This document shows positions 1 to 11,886 of a stretch of 64,000 bases of DNA, piece by piece; position 1 is the first letter of the stretch, and each line of letters opens with the position of its first letter. Under the pieces are notes generated by a model. That model saw nothing but the letters and a program-made list of their open reading frames with translations, was not told the DNA's origin and ran no database searches. This DNA is from Octopus sinensis (Eukaryota), in the NCBI RefSeq assembly GCF_006345805.1, contig NC_042999.1, positions 93,000,001 to 93,064,000 of the forward strand, written 5' to 3'. The position numbers and the translations under genes are program-made.

Positions 1-1568
1 GAGGACAGAAAACGTCTCGCCGAACAAGTCCTTACTGCGAAAGAATTAAATAAAATTCCTTTGCAGAGGGGTAAACACAAGGGAAAAAGAAGTGACAAAA
101 ACAGGACGTAAAAACAATACAAAATAAAAATACAATTACAAAAAATACAGTACAAGAGGGAATAGAAACAGGACAGGAAAACAAATAATGAAGGCCTATA
201 AGCCTAGACGAGGAAAAAATTTTCACGAGCGCAGGAAGAAACATGTTTACTTGAAGAAGGCCGCCAGTGAAAGGAAGTTCGTCAACCCGGCTGTGAGAGA
301 GATGAGGAGGAGTGAGAGAGAGAGAGAGAGAGAGAGATAGAGAGAGGAAGGAAGCCAAAGAGGGTGAAAGAGAGAAGAAGGAGTTATAGAGTTTCGCGTC
401 ATAATTATGTATAAAAACCAGTTTAGAGAAGAGGAATAACGAATCGAATCGAATAGACGCGAGGGCGCTCAGTCATACAATAGTGTAATAAATAAAATAT
501 ATGCATACATACACACATATATGTACGTACCTACATCTACATGTATATATACATGCATATATAAATATATATACGTGTGTACAGGAGACCACAAATAGAC
601 GTAGAACTCAACGAGAAACGAAAAAGTAAAAACAGCATGGAACGGACCATTTTTTTAACAACGAAAAAACAGAGTACAAGACAACTACACAAGGAAAAAT
701 CCCCTTCATCAGCTGTCCCTAGTTCAACTCCAGCGTGTTTCGAAGGTGAGGACAGAAAACGTCTCGCCGAACAAGTCCTTACTGCGAAAGAATTAAATAA
801 AATTCCTTTGCAGAGGGGTAAACACAAGGGAAAAAGAAGTGACAAAAACAGGACGTAAAAACAATACAAAATAAAAATACAATTACAAAAAATACAGTAC
901 AAGAGGGAATAGAAACAGGACAGGAAAACAAATAATGAAGGCCTATAAGCCTAGACGAGGAAAAAATTTTCACGAGCGCAGGAAGAAACATGTTTACTTG
1001 AAGAAGGCCGCCAGTGAAAGGAAGTTCGTCAACCCGGCTGTGAGAGAGATGAGGAGGAGTGAGAGAGAGAGAGAGAGAGAGAGATAGAGAGAGGAAGGAA
1101 GCCAAAGAGGGTGAAAGAGAGAAGAAGGAGTTATAGAGTTTCGCGTCATAATTATGTATAAAAACCAGTTTAGAGAAGAGGAATAACGAATCGAATCGAA
1201 TAGACGCGAGGGCGCTCAGTCATACAATAGTGTAATAAATAAAATATATGCATACATACACACATATATGTACGTACCTACATCTACATGTATATATACA
1301 TGCATATATAAATATATATACGTGTGTACAGGAGACCACAAATAGACGTAGAACTCAACGAGAAACGAAAAAGTAAAAACAGCATGGAACGGACCATTTT
1401 TTTAACAACGAAAAAACAGAGTACAAGACAACTACACAAGGAAAAATCCCCTTCATCAGCTGTCCCTAGTTCAACTCTAGCGTGTTTCGAAGGTGAGGAC
1501 AGAACACGTCTCGCCGAACAAATCCTTCCTGCGAAAAAATTAAATAAAATTCCTTTGCAGAGGGGTAA
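1..1568. repeat. Tandem duplication with a 747-bp period (two apparently identical units plus a diverged partial third)
   Basis: GAGGACAGAAAACGTCTCGCCG recurs at 1 and 748, and diverged at 1495. Identical 108-aa spurious ORFs at 32-358 and 779-1105. Mismatches appear only from about 1478 onward. Confidence 0.95.
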
Positions 1569-2389
1569 GAACGTGTGTGTGTGTGTGTTTATGTGTGTGT
1601 CTATGCGTGTTAGTGTTTGAATGACAGAGTGAAGCTGAAATGTAGTACAACAGTAACCACTTCATACGAGACAGAAGAAAGTTTGGGTTTCTCCAAATGC
1701 AGGAGAAACTAGCGTACATAGACTTGTCGCTTGACACGCTAGCATGTTCAGCACTGTAAAGGGAGACCTAAACTCGATACATACACACGCGTACGCACCT
1801 AATTTTTCGGTAGTTAATAGAACATGTGATCATAATATCAGGTTTCGTTTCCTAGAGTGGATAGTATGTTGTGTGCTGGATAAGAGCGCATTGTTTACGG
1901 TTTCTTGTTCATCAGTGAAAACATGTGTCGCACTGATGCCTTTTCCTAATCCTCTGTCTCTCCTATTCTTGAAGTTAAGCTGACCACATTATAGTAGGTC
2001 TTGATGACTGTACGCGAAGAAATAATCACGTTAAATAACCAAGGAAAGGATATATGTCCTACCAAGTTATAAATGTTTGTAAATGACGTGTATTTTTACA
2101 CACATATATGCACATAACTATACACATACACACATGTAAACGCAAGCAACACATAGATGTTTCTTTTATTTCTCTTTTACTTGTTTCAGTCATTGGAAAG
2201 CTGCCATGCTGAAGGTACCACTTTTTAGGGGTTAATCGAACTAATCTCACCAATTGCTTATTTATTTAAAGCCTGATTTTTCTATCACCCTCCTTTACCA
2301 AGCCCCTATTTTCATAAAGATGTAAATACACGAACACTGGTTTTTAATTGACATTGGTGCACAAACTCAAACAGATATATACATGTTGT

Positions 2390-2700
2390 TTGTGAAGCAG
2401 AAATCCATGACATTTTCCCCCTTCTTAGTGAAACAGTATTTACTCCATAAAGGACATCTTAGCGAAGTCAAGCAGAGATTCTGCTTCAGGTTGCGCAGTT
2501 ACATACTCATGAGAAGGTGGCCCTCAGGCCATTCGACATAAGGGAGGTTGAAATTCCCTAGGATTTGATTGGTTAATATTTCTTTCATTTCTTGGAGGCT
2601 CTCTTCAAATGAATCCCCATCATTTGGAGCATCGGGTGGGCGATATGTGGTACATATTAATATTTGCATCTGTTTAATATGTACCACCACTTTCTCACTT
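2390..2700 (-). mobile_element. Decayed CR1-like LINE, apurinic endonuclease fragment
   Basis: ORF 2499-2690 reads ICTTYRPPDAP...ILGNFNLPYVEW, matching the YRPP and GDFN motifs of LINE APE domains. Confidence 0.7.
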
Positions 2701-2805
2701 TATATATATATATATATATGTAGGTCCCGGGTTGATTCGGGGTTAACCACAGTAAATAAGGTACTCAAAACATAGCAGAGTAAAATTAATTTATTATATA
2801 GAAGG

Positions 2806-2856
2806 AGCTTCTACAGGACTAGAACTGTTTCATTGAAGAGAAATCTTCAGGAAGCT
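2806..2856 (-). ncRNA. Type I hammerhead ribozyme (predicted), mirror copy
   Basis: Reverse-complement arm of the palindrome. Same motif with one substitution in stem II (TTTCTCTTCAAT). Confidence 0.72.
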
Positions 2857-2903
2857 TCCTGAAGATTTCTCTTGAATGAAACAGTTCTAGTCCTGTAGAA
2901 GCT
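2853..2903 (+). ncRNA. Type I hammerhead ribozyme (predicted)
   Basis: AGCTTC-CTGAAGA-TTTCTCTTGAAT-GAAA-CAG-TTCTAGTC-CTG-TA-GAAGCT. Stem I is AGCTTC/GAAGCT, the core is intact, stem III is ACAG/CTGT, and the GUA cleavage triplet cuts after 2897. Confidence 0.8.
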
Positions 2904-2918
2904 CCTTCTATATAATAA

Positions 2919-2990
<72 letters not shown>

Positions 2991-4465
2991 GTAAATAGGA
3001 AACTGCATCGCGAGATAAGAGCCAGAGCACAAACGCACGCGCACACACTCGCACACACACAACACTCATACGCTCACATACATACACTCACACACACACA
3101 CACACATACAGGCGTTGCTACTAACAGTTATGCAAAGTGTTATATTAAGTCTTTAGTATTTCATCACAAAGCTAAGAAATATATAAAAAAAAACAAACCA
3201 AAAAAAAAGATGAGGTAACTTATTTGCTATTTGAAAAATTGAAGATTATGTGACGCTAAATTTTCTAGTCAATATTGACTTCATTTAATGAAGTATTTAC
3301 ATAAGACATAGAATTGTAGATATTAACACAATGATTGCAGAAATAAATAATAGATATTTCAATGGAACAAAAGTAACCGAATAAAGAAGATAAGTTTAGT
3401 GTATTGTTTCTTCCAAGTAATTAGTACAATTCCTTCAATGCATTTTAACGAAAATAGAAAATGGGAAAAGGATGAAAACAACAAATTCTATGATATTTTC
3501 GTGTCTAATACTTTGGATTACGCTTGTATGCTCTTATTGTAGATTAATTTTGATGGCAATAATATCCAGACACATTGAAAGCATGACAGTTGCGACAATG
3601 ATATTTTTTTTACCGTTCACAGACGAAATGTGATAAATAGTTCAATGGTGTACTGATGAAAATGTTGATAATAAAGCGGTTTAATATATTCTATAGATAT
3701 TAATTTTCTTACCAACGCAATTTCCTTTTCCTTTCCTGAGTATTTCGGGAAAAGAAATTGTGTGTGCACACTGATGTACACGCGTTCGGGCTAAAACAAC
3801 AGACATTATTCAATGTATGTCAGCGTGTTTAATATATTTGGAGGCGTAATAAAATTCAGTTTGATCTCATATGCGATTAATCGTTAATGAATGCAGATAG
3901 AGAGAAACTCTGAGTAGCGAAGAACTGAAACAGACAAATATATACGTTTCTTCAGCTTATGATAGACTGTTACAGTGATCATCTTTTAGTCGTGAGAGAA
4001 GTAATGAATCATAATTCTTCAACCCCGCTCCCGCGCGCACGCACATACATACATACATACACACATACTCACACACACACACATATATATGTATATATTT
4101 ATGTATGTATATATGTGTGTGTGTTTGTATGTAGGTCGTACGCAAAAAGCATATCTATGGCTTGTGGGGCGATATAGTTTCGTAAAAATATCATTTTATT
4201 GTTTATTCAACTGTAGCATAATGTGTAGCTTACATTTCATTGAACTTTTAACTACCATATTATCTTGAGTATCTCATTATGCATAATTTGCGAATTAATA
4301 CTGAATATCTCGAAACTTTAGAAGGTATTTGCAAGTAAATTTCCTTTTTATTACGGAGATGAGTTGGAATGTTGCAAATATTAAAATGTTTATTCGAATA
4401 TTGTTTCCACTTTTGCATAATCGCAATTGTGACAAACTGAAATAATGAAACAGCGCAAACGCAAG

Positions 4466-4497
<32 letters not shown>

Positions 4498-4522
4498 TGT
4501 AGTATGTATGTATGTATGTATG

Positions 4523-4554
<32 letters not shown>

Positions 4555-5023
4555 AACACAGTGTAGAGAAAATTGAAGACGCAAATCATAGGCATTAAGA
4601 CACATTCTCGAACGCATAAATGAAATTATTCAATCAAAGTAGTTGAATCCCATATAAGTATAGTAGAAATGTAAAAATATATTAAAATACATATACAAAT
4701 TTCATATGAATATAATTTACATGGAAGGAGTTGCAAAACGAATGAGAGGTTGATAAATATAGAAATAAAAACGTCAACAATCAAAATGGCAAACCGCCTA
4801 AATCGCCTGAAAATCACTTATATATATAGAATATAAGATAGAAATAATGCTAGATATCAAGGTTTAGAAAAACAAATAAAAATAAAATAGGATCCCAAAA
4901 TAGAACGGTGTTCTATCTAAATGCACATCAGAGTTCGATGTCGAGCTTTGCCGAGCGGCTTTACTCTGCGTGCTTTAGCTTCGCTACTATAGCAACAGTC
5001 CGAATACTTATTGATCAGATCTC

Positions 5024-5115
<92 letters not shown>

Positions 5116-5321
5116 ATGTGTGTGTGGCGCCGAGAAGATATGAGAGAGAAACACCAGAGTGTGTGTGTCTCTAGTTATTTACTTTAATCGAAGTCCGGTG
5201 CTGCGCATTTGATGTCATTTGATGAATATATATTGATAAAAGTCCCAGTATGTAATGTGTACAAGGGTCGATATTATTCAATAAATATATTATTGAATTT
5301 GGTTGCTCTTTATGGCTGATG

Positions 5322-5589
5322 GTGGAGGCGCGTGGCTTAGTGGTTAGGGTGTGAGCATCATGACCGTAAGATTGTGGTTTCGATTCCTGGACCAAGCGAC
5401 GCATTGTGTTCTTGAGCAAAAGACTTCATTTCACGTTGCTCTAGTCCACTCAGCTGGTAAAAATGAGTAACACTGCGATGGACTGGCGTCCTCTCCAGCT
5501 GGGGAACACATACGCCATTGAAACCAGGAAACCGGGCCCATGAGCCTTGCTAGGCTATAAAAGGGCGTATTTATTATTTTTTTTTTATC
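5322..5589 (+). mobile_element. tRNA-derived SINE (family A) with target-site duplication
   Basis: A box TGGCTTAGTGG, B box GTTTCGATTCC, central GTGTTCTTGAGCAA. 11-bp TSD TATGGCTGATG at 5311-5321 and 5590-5600. Homologue at 59525-59785. Confidence 0.9.
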
Positions 5590-7159
5590 TATGGCTGATG
5601 TCCATTAACTGGAACGAGTAAAATAACAAATTACACATTTTGCAGTCACATTTTAGACACCGCACCATAAACATATGCTGAATAAGTAGTTCAATTTCTT
5701 TAAATAAGTAAATGAAGCTAATGAAAAAATAGAAAGAATATGTTGCGTATAGGTAATTTATACAGTAAAATCTTAATGCAATACTTGAAATTTTATTCTA
5801 TATCTGTATCCATAAGTACGTCCTTCCCTTCTATACTTATTTGATATAACGAAGAGAGACAATTTATTACCCCTCGCCCACCGCTTTTATTACAAATATA
5901 ACTTTTTATAAATTAGAATTTTAAGAGATACAAAAGATAATGATTATAGTGCAAAAGGAATGACGATCGTCGTCGCAATGGAATTATAAAAAAAGAAAAT
6001 CTTTTCATAAATTTACATCAAAATTTTATGTACCTGTTTTCGCCATGAGGGCGCGTATGCAAGAAAAAAACACACAATTTATTTCGAGAAATAGAGAAAA
6101 ATGGAATATCTTCTATACTAGCTTCATTTGGAATTCAAAAGACAGTCTTGGCTTCTTGGCATTCCTGATGAAAAGACATGAACTGAGTAATTCATTCCAG
6201 CATTATTCGTTTGCTCTTTGATTTTCATTTCTTCCTAACTTTCTATTTTGCCATTCAATTTACAAAGAAAACAGTAACCTGAATATATTACTTATAAATA
6301 ATGTAAAGAGTTGTCTATCTCTTAGTCTACAGAGATGAAGCACACTATTGTAGCAATGTGTTTATGGATATATTTATAGAAGAATATATGAAATATTAAA
6401 TATATTTACAATTGATCGTGTGAACATAACACTTTGAGAAAGATAAGAATTTCTTCACGTCTGAGGTTTCTTCACCCCCTAATACAAAAGAATCAAAACA
6501 AATCAAAACGATAGCAGTTTTCAATCGATTCATTGTTACTTTAAAAAGATAAAAAAAAGAGCAGAGCCATTGAGAGTAATTCCAATGGCTGATGACTGTC
6601 TAATATCACAAGGTAGTTGTTTCGATTCTCCGATCTCGGAGCTAGTTATGCTTTGAAATATTTGATGGTTAAATGATAGGTATACTGAGTTCTATTTCTC
6701 CTGTTTGTTCTATCAAATCTTTATATAAATGGCTGCATCTACACATACATGCTCATACATACATCTATTCACACACACTCACACATACACACACACAAAT
6801 ACACAAATGCATGCACACACTCACAAACACATGTAAACACATGTTGCAGCTTTCTAACACCTTGTCAACACTCGAACCGAAAAGAAATCTAATACGACTA
6901 AAACAAAAGTTGGAAAACCACTTTTATGCGAGAAACTCATGACTGAGTTACTATTTCTAAACGTCTAATGATTTGTAATAAACTCAGTTCATTCCAATTT
7001 ATTCCAATTCTTTTGTATATATTCAACGGATATTTGTGGATTTCCACATTTATATCTAGTAAAAGAATACGTCCTACTGCATGTTAGTATCTAATAATCG
7101 ATAAACGAAGAACAGCGTTGGAAAGCACGCCATAAGGTGTGTGCGTCAGTGTGTATATA

Positions 7160-7224
<65 letters not shown>

Positions 7225-7682
7225 TACATATATATATATATGTATGTATGTATATATATGTATGCAATAGGTACCAATTTTAGATAGGCAAAAGAAGCAA
7301 AATTGTCAGAGCACGATTGTTCCATAGACTTTATGAACACAATACACGCGTAACAGCACAGCTGCATATTAAACTAACATTCTCCATAAAACATAATGTT
7401 GAAACGGAGCTATTTTCATATCTCGAAGTTAACTTGGTGCTTATTTAACGTAATAGAATACATTACGCTCCTTTTAAAAGTTATATTTAATAAAGATTTA
7501 CAATACACTGAGGACTAATATATTAAGGCACATCACCGCAACACCACGCTACCAAATTTGATCAAATTACTTATTAACGCAAAGTAGAAGTAAATGTTAT
7601 TATAAGCATGGATTTCATAAAGATATGTGTAACGATTAAACTGACAGGGCTTAAACAACGTGTGTGTGTGTGTGTATGTATA

Positions 7683-7735
<53 letters not shown>

Positions 7736-7787
7736 GTGTGTGTACATGCATACATAAATATATATACATACATTCATATATATGTAT

Positions 7788-7888
<101 letters not shown>

Positions 7889-8644
7889 CATAGATAAATA
7901 GACAGGCAGATAGCAAATTAGATACCTAAGTAGATAGATAGATTCACACATAATCATCCCTCTTGATCGAAATCGGCTTTTTGATGAATGTATTAATATT
8001 TACAGACTAGCGGATAAAATTTCTTACTTACAGACATGCATATACACATACACACACACACACACACGCGCGCGCATATATATATATATATATATAATAT
8101 ATATATATATATTATATATATATATACGTATATATATATACATACATATATTAAAGGCATGTGATGATAATATTTATTAATTTCTGTTTATGTGTCTAAT
8201 TACTATGAAGCTAGCAGATACGAACATTATTTTAATCTGTTAATGAATAGTTAATATGTTTGGTAACAGCAGTTATAAGTTGGTTGAACTTCAGTCAAGG
8301 AAAATATAACGTGATATGCTTGTTTTTCCACTTTTCATTGTACATGAAATGTTTATCCTATGTTCTTTGTATATAATTCAATCTATACGGAAATCAATCA
8401 TTGTAAACATTTTTCAAACGGTATACACAATTATAAACATAGCAACATCTGCGATATGCGATGCTAACCGGTTTAGATATTGCTTTTAACTAATGCCTAA
8501 TGTAGTTCCCTAGCTGAAAATTTTAACACAGCAACGTGGCTTTTGTAATTACGTACACCGAATCATACTTTCACCAGCATCTCAGATATAGTACTTATGC
8601 ATCAATACAGAAAACATATACTTTAACATATTAAAGTAATCCAA

Positions 8645-8800
8645 AGTAGCGAGCTGGCTGAATAGTTACCAAACCGGGGAAAATGTGGAGCGACTTTTCG
8701 TCTGTTTTTACGTTCTGAGTTCAAATTTCGCGGCTGTAGACCTTGCTTTTCATCTTGTTGTGAACGATAAAATAAGTACCAATTGATTACTGAGTACGAT
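8645..8800 (+). mobile_element. tRNA-like SINE (family B), decayed
   Basis: GCGAGCTGGC...TTACGTTCTGAGTTCAAATT...GATAAAATAAGTACCA shared with many copies in the window. Confidence 0.7.
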
Positions 8801-9649
8801 ATAATTGCTGGCGTTGAGCCAAAAAAGGAAACAAATAACCCAAAACAACAAAAACAAGCAATAATTAATTTTATTGAGTGTGTGATGTATTTTGCCTATT
8901 CTTTATCCCTATATCAGAAAATAGGTTTTCGAATATTAGCAATGCATTACGTTATAGACGGCAAACTTTACTGAGAATATAAATATAGTCTTTCAAGATG
9001 TCACATCTAGCAATCCAAAGCCTGAAAAACAGAGAGAGACTACAGAAGAACAGAATAGATAAGCCGTTGGCATCGAGAACAATTGGAGGTCGAGGGATAC
9101 GGTCGAGAAAGTATCTAGTAAAACTATCACTTGCCCTGGTCTGTTCCGTCGCAATAACTCACAGAGTATCTTGGGCAATTTTTAGACTTTGCAGAGTTCA
9201 TCACTCACCCTATGCGCAATCACCTAATTGCTTCCAATAAGAAAGAGAAAGAGAGACCGAAAGAAATACGCACAAGCGTACAGTTTGAGAAATAGATAGA
9301 TACTAGAGAGAGAGAGAGAGAGTGAGAGAGAAAGAGAGGGAAGATGAGATCGCCACGGTATTTAAACTCAAATTGCAGTGACCCAGAACGGTTGTCGCAA
9401 CCCCATCTAGCCACATTAAAAAAGGGCGGTCAATTTGCCACTTAAATCAGTCACTACAGAAATCGTGAACATAGATTTACTAAAGCGATGGAATGTGATA
9501 ATATTATTCTATGATAGGTTCCATCAGGTATGTCATATTGGAATTTGCAGTTATTGTCGTTGACCCTAGATGAATCCTCAAAATGAAGACCTGTTATTAA
9601 AAGCACTCCATCTGTAATCATTTGACCTTCACTAGCAATTCGATATACT

Positions 9650-10541
9650 GCGCAGAGAATATCTCGTTAAATCCAGAATTAGGGTATTGCGTCGATAATT
9701 AACATGGTAAGAAAATTTGCCCTTTTATTTTGAGATTTTCCAAAAACACTCAACTTATTATAATGAAGCCCTGCGAGAGGCGGGATATAATAATAAGATC
9801 AAATTTTGCAATAATTTTAAATATGATTATAATATAAAAGATTCTAATATAAATGATTCCTATATATTTTTATAATAATAAACCTAGCATTAAGAATTAT
9901 GATATTTTTATTTAAGTAATTATGGTATTAATATGTATTATGATAATACAAAACATAAATATAATAATCGATTAAAATAAGATTAAATTTAATTCATTTA
10001 ATGATAATAATAAATTTAATTATATAAAAATAAATATAATAATATTAATAATAAGAACAAAATTTGGTTAATTATTCCTTATGGAGCTCAAGTTAAAACA
10101 AACATTATTAAAGAGATTTTAACTATAATTGAAGTATTCATTAGAAATTATTTCTAGTAATAATTTTGGAGTTGGTTATTCTACTACTAATAATGATGGT
10201 AAAATTATTTCTTCTTTTAATAAATGTAAGCTTAATAAGTTTTACAAATCAAATTAAATAATTATTCCAATGATAATAATAATATAATTAATTGTACGTG
10301 TAGAGATAAAACTAAATGTAATGTCGATGATGTAGTATATAAATATGTAGTGACTTTGATGATAATAATAGGAATGGTTATAATTTAAATGCAGTTATAA
10401 TTTAAATGCAGTTTACATAGGGTCGACTTCTAATAAAATTATATTACGGGTGGATCAACATATGATATCTTTTAAGAATAGAAATTAAATTAATTCCCTA
10501 GACGAACGAAAAATTAAATTTAGACATAAATTATATTATAG
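9650..10541 (+). pseudogene. Decayed Penelope-like retroelement ORF: RT thumb, linker and GIY-YIG endonuclease
   Basis: Hand translation across frameshifts gives EIFQKHSTYYNEALREAGYNNKIKF; KIW..IPYGAQVKTNIIKEILTII; NNFGVGYSTTNNDGKIISSFNK; NCTCRDKTKCNVDDVVYKYVV; VYIGSTSNKIILRVDQHMISF. These motifs are in the order expected for a PLE protein. Confidence 0.8.
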
Positions 10542-10756
10542 ATATTAAATTTCTAAATGTCTCAAAGAGACATGGGCGGTGGTGGAGCGATAGAGTTGTT
10601 GTATACTGTCAACATAACGAGACAGGCCCGTAAGGGAATTACACCACCGCTGTTTAGCCCTAGGAAGCATCGGCGCTTCCTGTCGGCCTTGACACATTTC
10701 CTGTGTCCTTATATTTGCGAAGGGGAGGCAAGCACCCCCACCAGCTAGGATTCACA

Positions 10757-10803
10757 CCTGAGGACATGCATGTTTCTGGGTCTTAACCCGTCATCAGCCC
10801 AGG
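10757..10803 (-). ncRNA. Type I hammerhead ribozyme (predicted), copy A
   Basis: Minus strand CCTGGG-CTGATGA-CGGGTTAAGACCCA-GAAA-CATGCATG-TC-CTCAGG. Stem I is 6 bp, stem II is GGGT/ACCC, stem III is the palindrome ACATGCATGT, cleavage site GUC. Confidence 0.9.
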
Positions 10804-11110
10804 ACAGTGAGGCCTGCTGGTTGAGATGCCTGTCTAGCCTTCGCAAATATATATATTTACAGTGAAATCTATTCACTGGTCACCGTAATTAGAAATATTA
10901 AATTTCTAAATATCTCAAAGAGACATGAGCGGTGGTGAAGCGATAGAGTTGTTGTATACTGTAAAAGATAACGTGACAGTCCCGTAAGGGAATTACACCA
11001 CCGCTGTTTAGCCCTAGGAAGCATCGACGCTTCCTGTCGGCTTTGACACATTTCCTGTGTCCTTATATTTGCGAAGGGGAGGCAAACACCCCCACTAGCT
11101 AGGATTCACA

Positions 11111-11157
11111 CCTGAGGACATGCATGTTTCTGGGTCTTAACCCGTCATCAGCCCAGG
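11111..11157 (-). ncRNA. Type I hammerhead ribozyme (predicted), copy B
   Basis: Identical 47-nt motif to copy A, 354 bp away. Confidence 0.9.
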
Positions 11158-11241
11158 ATAGTGAGACCTACTGGTTGAATATCTGTATTATAGGCACAAT
11201 GGCCCATATAATAAAGATATTCAACCAGCAGGCCTCACTGT

Positions 11242-11288
11242 CCTGGGCTGATGACGGGTTAAGACCCAGAAACATGCATGTCCTCAGG
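11242..11288 (+). ncRNA. Type I hammerhead ribozyme (predicted), inverted copy C
   Basis: CCTGGGCTGATGACGGGTTAAGACCCAGAAACATGCATGTCCTCAGG read directly on the + strand. Cut predicted after C11282. Confidence 0.9.
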
Positions 11289-11886
11289 TGTGAATCCTAG
11301 CTAGTGGGGGTGCTTGCCTCCCCTTCGCAAATATAAGGACACAGGAAATGTGTCAAGGCCGACAGGAAGCACCGATGCTTCCTAGGGCTAAACAGCGGTG
11401 TGGTAATTCCCTTACAGGACTGTCACGTTGTGTTGACAGTATACAACCACTCTAAATTATATTATATAATAAGTTTAGATAATTTGTGTATATATATAAA
11501 CCCTGTTTTATGTTACTAATTGTTATAGTTTTAATTTGCAGTAGAAAAATGTGTATAAATTGTGTATAAATGTGTATAAATATAGTCTATATTACATAAT
11601 TAGAATAAGTTGAAAATTAGATGTTTATATAATAAATAAACTAATTAATGAAAATATATTAAATTATAGAATTTTAGCTTAATTTATGTTTGTTATATTA
11701 TGTATTTTACGTCTTTAGTATTTAAATTATTTAGACTTTACAATTGTTCCAGTTAATAGTATATTAAATTAAATTTTTTTCCTTATTCTTACAACTGAAA
11801 TGCATTTGTAATTTTAATAACTTAAATACATATTTCTATCTATTTCTTCTATAAATTCTATTTACGCCATATTTCCACGCGATATA

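Larger units (their letters stand above)
2720..2920 (-). mobile_element. Penelope-like pLTR-type repeat embedded in (TA)n, ending in a fold-back
   Basis: Flanked on both sides by (TA)n. Contains a hammerhead motif and a 132-bp palindrome (2789-2920). Confidence 0.6.
10542..11454. repeat. Hammerhead-bearing pLTR/retrozyme-like repeat: two direct copies (period 354) and one inverted copy
   Basis: Copy A about 10542-10825, copy B about 10895-11192, inverted copy C 11207-11454. A GC-rich island within very AT-rich DNA. Confidence 0.92.

Noticed and set aside
695-750. CTGATGA and GAAAC on the minus strand within the 747-bp unit as a hammerhead
   Set aside because: The order would require a type II topology, but stems I and III cannot be paired.
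1890-1920. CTGATGA-ACAA-GAAAC on the minus strand
   Set aside because: No stem I or stem II pairing.
5322-5400. tRNA gene
   Set aside because: A and B boxes are present, but the sequence continues into a SINE body with a TSD and has a second dispersed copy.
9800-10540. Mitochondrial insertion (numt), suggested by extreme AT content
   Set aside because: Translation shows Penelope-like RT and GIY-YIG motifs rather than mitochondrial genes or rRNA.
10542-11454. CRISPR-like or prokaryotic repeat array
   Set aside because: Units are about 350 bp with no short repeat-spacer pattern, there are no cas genes, and the context is eukaryotic.
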